Shown here: in pieces, positions 59,856-64,000 of the stretch
Layout of the letters: each line of letters opens with the position of its first letter
How positions within the stretch are numbered: the first letter of the stretch is position 1
Origin: an uncultured Gemmatimonadales bacterium
GTDB lineage: Bacteria; Gemmatimonadota; Gemmatimonadetes; Longimicrobiales; RSA9
Reading direction: 5' to 3'
Assembly (NCBI GenBank): GCA_963798845.1
Contig: CAWCUS010000004.1
Span: forward strand, 451,781-515,780
DNA: 64,000 nt
Program-made: the position numbers and the translations under genes
The notes under the pieces: generated by a model
What the model was told of the DNA's origin: nothing
The model's input: only the letters and a program-made list of their open reading frames with translations
Databases searched by the model: none

Positions 59856-61099
59856 TGCTGCTCAGGATCGCGTGGCGGAACCTGTGGAGGCACCGCACCC
59901 GCACCATCATCATGAGCTCGGCCGTGGCGCTGGCGTACGCGCTGGTGCTGGTCGCCCTGGGCATCTCCGACGACGGGCATCGCCGCATGCTCGAGGAGGC
60001 CAGCCGCGCCGCCGGCGGCGATATCCTCGTCCACGGCCGCGACTACTGGGCCACCCGCGCCAGCGACATCGTGATCCCCGACGCCGAGGCGGTGCTGGGC
60101 GAGGTGGCCGCGGTCCCTGGCGTGAAGGCCGTGGTGCCCCGCGTCCTGGTCAACGGGCTGGTGAGCACATCGGCCGACAGCCGCCCGCTCATGCTCCAGG
60201 GCATCGACCCGGCGGCCGAGGATGCGCTGAACGACTACCGGGACGACCTGGTGACGGGCAGCTACCTGGACGGCACCACCATGAAGCACCCGATCCTCCT
60301 GGGCCAGCGCCTCGCCGCACGCCTGGGGCTCCACGCGGGCGACCGCGTGGTCCTCACCGCCACGGGCCCGGATGGGGAGATGACGCGGGCGCTGTTCCAC
60401 CTGGCCGGCACGCTCGCAACCGGGATGCAGGAGCTCGACGAGGTGGCCGGCTTCACCACGCTGTCCGCCGCCCGCGACGCCCTCGGCATGGACGGCATGC
60501 TGACTCAGATCGGCGTGCTGGTCACCGGCGACGCGGACGTGGACAGCGTCGCCAGCCACATCCGCACCGCCGTCGACGCCTCCGCCGACGGTCTCGAGGT
60601 GCTCACGTGGCGCGACGCCGTGCCGGAAATGATCGGCTACGTGGAGCTCGACGACGCGTTCGGCTACGTGTACATGATCGTCATCTTCGCCGTCGTTCTC
60701 TTCTCCATCACCAACACGTTCCTCATGGCGGTGATGGAGCGGGTGCGCGAGTTCGGGCTGCTCAACGCCCTGGGACTCCGCAACGACCGCATCGGGCGGC
60801 TGCTCCTGGCCGAGACCGCGCTCATGACCGCGCTGGCGATGGCCGCCGGCTTCCTCATCGGCTACGGCGGGCACCTGGCGGCAAAGCACTGGGGGATCAG
60901 CATGGCCTCGTACGGCATCGAGGACATGGAGCTGTCCGGCGTGGACTTCAGCCAGCTGGTCATGCACAGCACCATTGTCCCGATCAAGTGGTTCCTCGCC
61001 TCGGCGTTCGTGGCCGTGACCACCATCGCGAGCGCCCTCTATCCCGCCTGGCGTGCCACGCGGCTCGCCCCGGCGGAAGCGATGCGCTTCTTCGAATGA
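59855..61099 (+). CDS. ABC transporter permease, FtsX/LolCE/MacB-like
   Basis: AWRNLWRHRTRT, ERVREFGLLNALG and YPAWRATRLAP motifs. Confidence 0.9.
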   Translation: MLLRIAWRNLWRHRTRTIIMSSAVALAYALVLVALGISDDGHRRMLEEASRAAGGDILVHGRDYWATRASDIVIPDAEAVLGEVAAVPGVKAVVPRVLVNGLVSTSADSRPLMLQGIDPAAEDALNDYRDDLVTGSYLDGTTMKHPILLGQRLAARLGLHAGDRVVLTATGPDGEMTRALFHLAGTLATGMQELDEVAGFTTLSAARDALGMDGMLTQIGVLVTGDADVDSVASHIRTAVDASADGLEVLTWRDAVPEMIGYVELDDAFGYVYMIVIFAVVLFSITNTFLMAVMERVREFGLLNALGLRNDRIGRLLLAETALMTALAMAAGFLIGYGGHLAAKHWGISMASYGIEDMELSGVDFSQLVMHSTIVPIKWFLASAFVAVTTIASALYPAWRATRLAPAEAMRFFE

Positions 61100-61115
61100 G
61101 CAGGAGGACGTGAAC

Positions 61116-61865
61116 GTGAGCACGAACACGCCCGTCGAGCAGCCGCCGCGGCACGGTCCCGGCCTCATCGACGGCCACGCCATGATCCACGCGCACTCCG
61201 TCACCAAGGTGTACCGCCAGGGCGAGCTGGACGTGCACGCGCTCCGCGGCGTGGACCTGGACATCGGCGAGGGGGAGTTCACGGCCCTCGCCGGCCCCTC
61301 TGGCTCCGGCAAGACCACGCTCCTCAACATCATCGGCGCCCTGGACGTGCCCACGAGCGGCCACGTGGAGGTGGCGGGCCGGAACGTCGCCACCCTGAGG
61401 AAGGGGGAGGCGGCCGATTTCCGGCTCGACACGGTCGGCTTCATCTTCCAGGCCTACAACCTGGTACCCGTGCTCACCGCGTACGAGAACGCGGAGTTCA
61501 CGCTGCTCTTGCGCGGAGTCGACGCTGCCGAGCGCCGCGGGATCGTGCAGCCGCTTCTGGAGCGGGTCGGGCTCGCCGAGATGATGGACCGCAAGCCCCA
61601 CGAGCTCTCGGGCGGGCAGCAGCAGCGCGTGGCCGTGGTCCGCGCACTGGCCACCCACCCGGCCATCGTCCTCGCCGATGAGCCCACGGCCAACCTGGAC
61701 AGCGAGACCTCGGCCGGGCTGCTGGACCTCATGCTGGAGCTCAACCGCGAGATGGGGATCACCTTCCTCTTCTCAACCCACGACCAGACCGTCATCGACC
61801 GCGCTCGGCGCGTCGTGGAGCTCCTCGACGGGCGGATCCACCGCGTGCGGGCGCCCGGGGACTGA
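61116..61865 (+). CDS. ABC transporter ATP-binding protein, LolD-like
   Basis: GPSGSGKTT, LSGGQQQRVA and ADEPTANLD motifs; AGGAGG RBS. Confidence 0.93.
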   Translation: MSTNTPVEQPPRHGPGLIDGHAMIHAHSVTKVYRQGELDVHALRGVDLDIGEGEFTALAGPSGSGKTTLLNIIGALDVPTSGHVEVAGRNVATLRKGEAADFRLDTVGFIFQAYNLVPVLTAYENAEFTLLLRGVDAAERRGIVQPLLERVGLAEMMDRKPHELSGGQQQRVAVVRALATHPAIVLADEPTANLDSETSAGLLDLMLELNREMGITFLFSTHDQTVIDRARRVVELLDGRIHRVRAPGD

Positions 61866-61868
61866 GCG

Positions 61869-63128
61869 GTGCCCCGCGCCCTGGCCCTCGCGGGTGCGCT
61901 CGCCGCCGCGGGCGCGACGCTCCTCGCCATTCCGACGGCGGCGGGCGCGCAGCTCACGCTCATCGGCAACGGCCATTTCACGGCGACCGTGGGCGGCTAC
62001 GTCCGCTCGATCACCGGCATCCAGGACCTCGGCTACGACATCCCCACGCTCCCCGGCGTCCCGGCCACCGCGGCGCAGAGCGGCTTCCACAGCGAGGTGG
62101 GCCGGGTCAAGTGGCTGGTCTCGGGCGACCACTGGCGGCTCGAGATCCACGACCGCCTCCAGGCCCGCGTCACCAGCCAGGCCGGTGACCAGGTCGTCGG
62201 GTTCGGCGTCAGCACCGTTCCCGACCGCCTCGTCGATCTCTCGTCCGACTTCATCGACCGCGACCGGCTCCACGTCTGGCACGACGTCGACCGTCTCAGC
62301 CTCTCCGTCTTCACCGACGCGGTGGATGTCACGCTCGGGCGGCAGGCGATCACCTGGGGAACCGCCGCCATCTTCCCGGTGGCCGACCTCTGGTCCCACT
62401 TCGCGCCGTTCGAGCAGGAGACCGAGGAGAAGCCGGGAGTGGACGCCGTGCGGGCGCTCTTCTATCCGGCGGAAGGGCTGGAGGTGGACGCGGTCGCGGC
62501 CTACCGCGGCAGCGCCGATGACGCTTCCGCGGGCGTCCGCGGCACCCTCTCGCTCCCGGGCGCCGACGTCTGGGCGGGTGCCGGCAAGTTCTGGCGGGAG
62601 GCCATCATCATGGCCGGTTTCGCCGTCCTCGGCGACGAGACCAAGCTCCGCCTCGAGGCCGCGTTCCCATGGTACCTCGACGGCGGCGATGCCCAGCGGC
62701 CCAGGATCACGGCGGGCGTCGACTGGATCCGCGGCACGCTCGTGCTCACCGGCGAGTACCACTACAACGGCATCGGCGCGGCGGTGGCCGCCGACTACGC
62801 CCGCCTCGCCGCAGACCCGAGGGTGCTGCGAGGAGAGACCTACTACCTGGGGCGCCACTACCTCGGCGCACTCGCCAGCTGGAGCCCCGACGTCGAGAAC
62901 CGCCTCACCCTCGCCACCAGCGCCCTCGTAAACCTCGGCGACGGCAGCGCCGCACTCACACCCGTCGCCACCTACGACATGGGCCAGGCCACACGCCTCT
63001 CACTCGGCGCGCTCCTCTCCAGCGGCGAGCCTCCCACGTTCCAGATCCAGCCTCCAGCCGTCCGCTTCGGCAGCGAGTTCGGCGCCTACGGCTCGGCGCT
63101 CTTCACCATGCTATCCGTCTATTTCTGA
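61869..63128 (+). CDS. Putative outer-membrane beta-barrel protein
   Basis: Signal peptide; TLGRQAITWG, KPGVDAVR and EYHYNG motifs; C-terminal LSVYF. Confidence 0.75.
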   Translation: MPRALALAGALAAAGATLLAIPTAAGAQLTLIGNGHFTATVGGYVRSITGIQDLGYDIPTLPGVPATAAQSGFHSEVGRVKWLVSGDHWRLEIHDRLQARVTSQAGDQVVGFGVSTVPDRLVDLSSDFIDRDRLHVWHDVDRLSLSVFTDAVDVTLGRQAITWGTAAIFPVADLWSHFAPFEQETEEKPGVDAVRALFYPAEGLEVDAVAAYRGSADDASAGVRGTLSLPGADVWAGAGKFWREAIIMAGFAVLGDETKLRLEAAFPWYLDGGDAQRPRITAGVDWIRGTLVLTGEYHYNGIGAAVAADYARLAADPRVLRGETYYLGRHYLGALASWSPDVENRLTLATSALVNLGDGSAALTPVATYDMGQATRLSLGALLSSGEPPTFQIQPPAVRFGSEFGAYGSALFTMLSVYF

Positions 63129-64000
63129 CTACGGGATCGCCCGCGCGATCAGAAGCACGGTGAAAACGACGTAGCCGACCAGCAGCACGCTGCCGGAAAC
63201 GCGCCCGAGCACCCGACCTCGCAGCGACAACGGGACCAGGATGAGGGCGAAGAAGATCATTGCCGGAGCGTCGAACTTGAGCACTTCCTCCGACACCGGG
63301 ATCGGGCGCAGGAGCGCCGACACGCCCAGGATGCTGAGCAGGTTGAAGATGTTCGAGCCCACCGCATTTCCCAGCGCGATGTCCGGCTCGTCGCGGCGGG
63401 CGGCCACCACGCAGGTCGCGAGCTCCGGCAGCGACGTGCCCATGGCCACCACGGTCAGCCCGACCACGATCTCCGACACCCCCAGGAGCCGCGCGAAGTA
63501 CACGGCCGACCCGACCAGCAGGTGGGCCCCCGCCACCAGCGCCGACAGCCCCAGCACCACCAGCACCACATCCCGGACCACACTTCCGTCCGACGCCGCC
63601 TTCTCTCCGCCGAACTGCCGGTACTCCGCTTCCACCTCCCGCGACTCCCGCGCGCTCTCCCGCTGAACGTACCAGAGGAAGCCCCCGAACAGGATGGCCA
63701 GCAGCGTCCCGTCCCACCGCCCGAGAATCCGGTTCCCCATCAGCAGCATCACCAGGATGCTCGCCGCCACCATCACCGGGGACTCCCGCCGCATCAGCCG
63801 CAGCCCCACCCGCAGCGGCCGCACCAGCGCCGAGATGCCCAGGATCAGGGCGATGTTGATGATGTTCGAGCCGACGACGTTGCCCAGCACCACGTCGCTC
63901 TGCCCCCGCAGCGACGCGACCACCCCCACCAGCAGCTCGGGCGCCGAGCTCCCGAACGCAACCACCGTGAGCCCGACCACGAGCGGGCTCACTCCCAGCC
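63129..64000 (-). CDS. Calcium/sodium antiporter (YrbG/CaCA family); 5' end lies outside the window
   Basis: Alpha repeats AFGSSAPE...GNVVGSNI and AMGTSLPE...GNAVGSNIFN. Confidence 0.93.
   Translation of the reverse strand, partial: LGVSPLVVGLTVVAFGSSAPELLVGVVASLRGQSDVVLGNVVGSNIINIALILGISALVRPLRVGLRLMRRESPVMVAASILVMLLMGNRILGRWDGTLLAILFGGFLWYVQRESARESREVEAEYRQFGGEKAASDGSVVRDVVLVVLGLSALVAGAHLLVGSAVYFARLLGVSEIVVGLTVVAMGTSLPELATCVVAARRDEPDIALGNAVGSNIFNLLSILGVSALLRPIPVSEEVLKFDAPAMIFFALILVPLSLRGRVLGRVSGSVLLVGYVVFTVLLIARAIP

Overview
This window is very GC-rich chromosomal DNA from a diderm bacterium (lpxH, lptE, split hldE/rfaE, mlaFED). Gene content suggests a Gemmatimonadota-like genome, but that is inference only. 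The main result is a tightly coupled ~15 kb triterpenoid operon (9073-24279): shc, hpnH, hpnA, hpnG, idi-2, class I archaeal-like HMG-CoA reductase, mevalonate kinase, a mevalonate-phosphate decarboxylase, isopentenyl phosphate kinase, a one-step squalene synthase, a GT4 glycosyltransferase and mprF, with hpnL divergent upstream. It encodes IPK but no phosphomevalonate kinase, which implies the haloarchaeal/Chloroflexi-type alternative mevalonate route feeding hopanoid synthesis. It is preceded by a sigma54-type promoter and a structured leader. Upstream lie the end of an iterative-type PKS with a PPTase, a tricorn protease, and an unexplained symmetric inverted-repeat element between 13-bp and 22-bp tandem arrays. 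The remainder is mostly housekeeping and envelope genes, plus tRNA-Sec, tRNA-Pro with a small upstream island relic (SLATT-like gene, 99-nt polypyrimidine tract, degenerate tRNA-Pro copy) and a TetR-controlled LolA-like/ABC/beta-barrel operon. Four genes carry apparent +1 frameshifts, most likely assembly errors.
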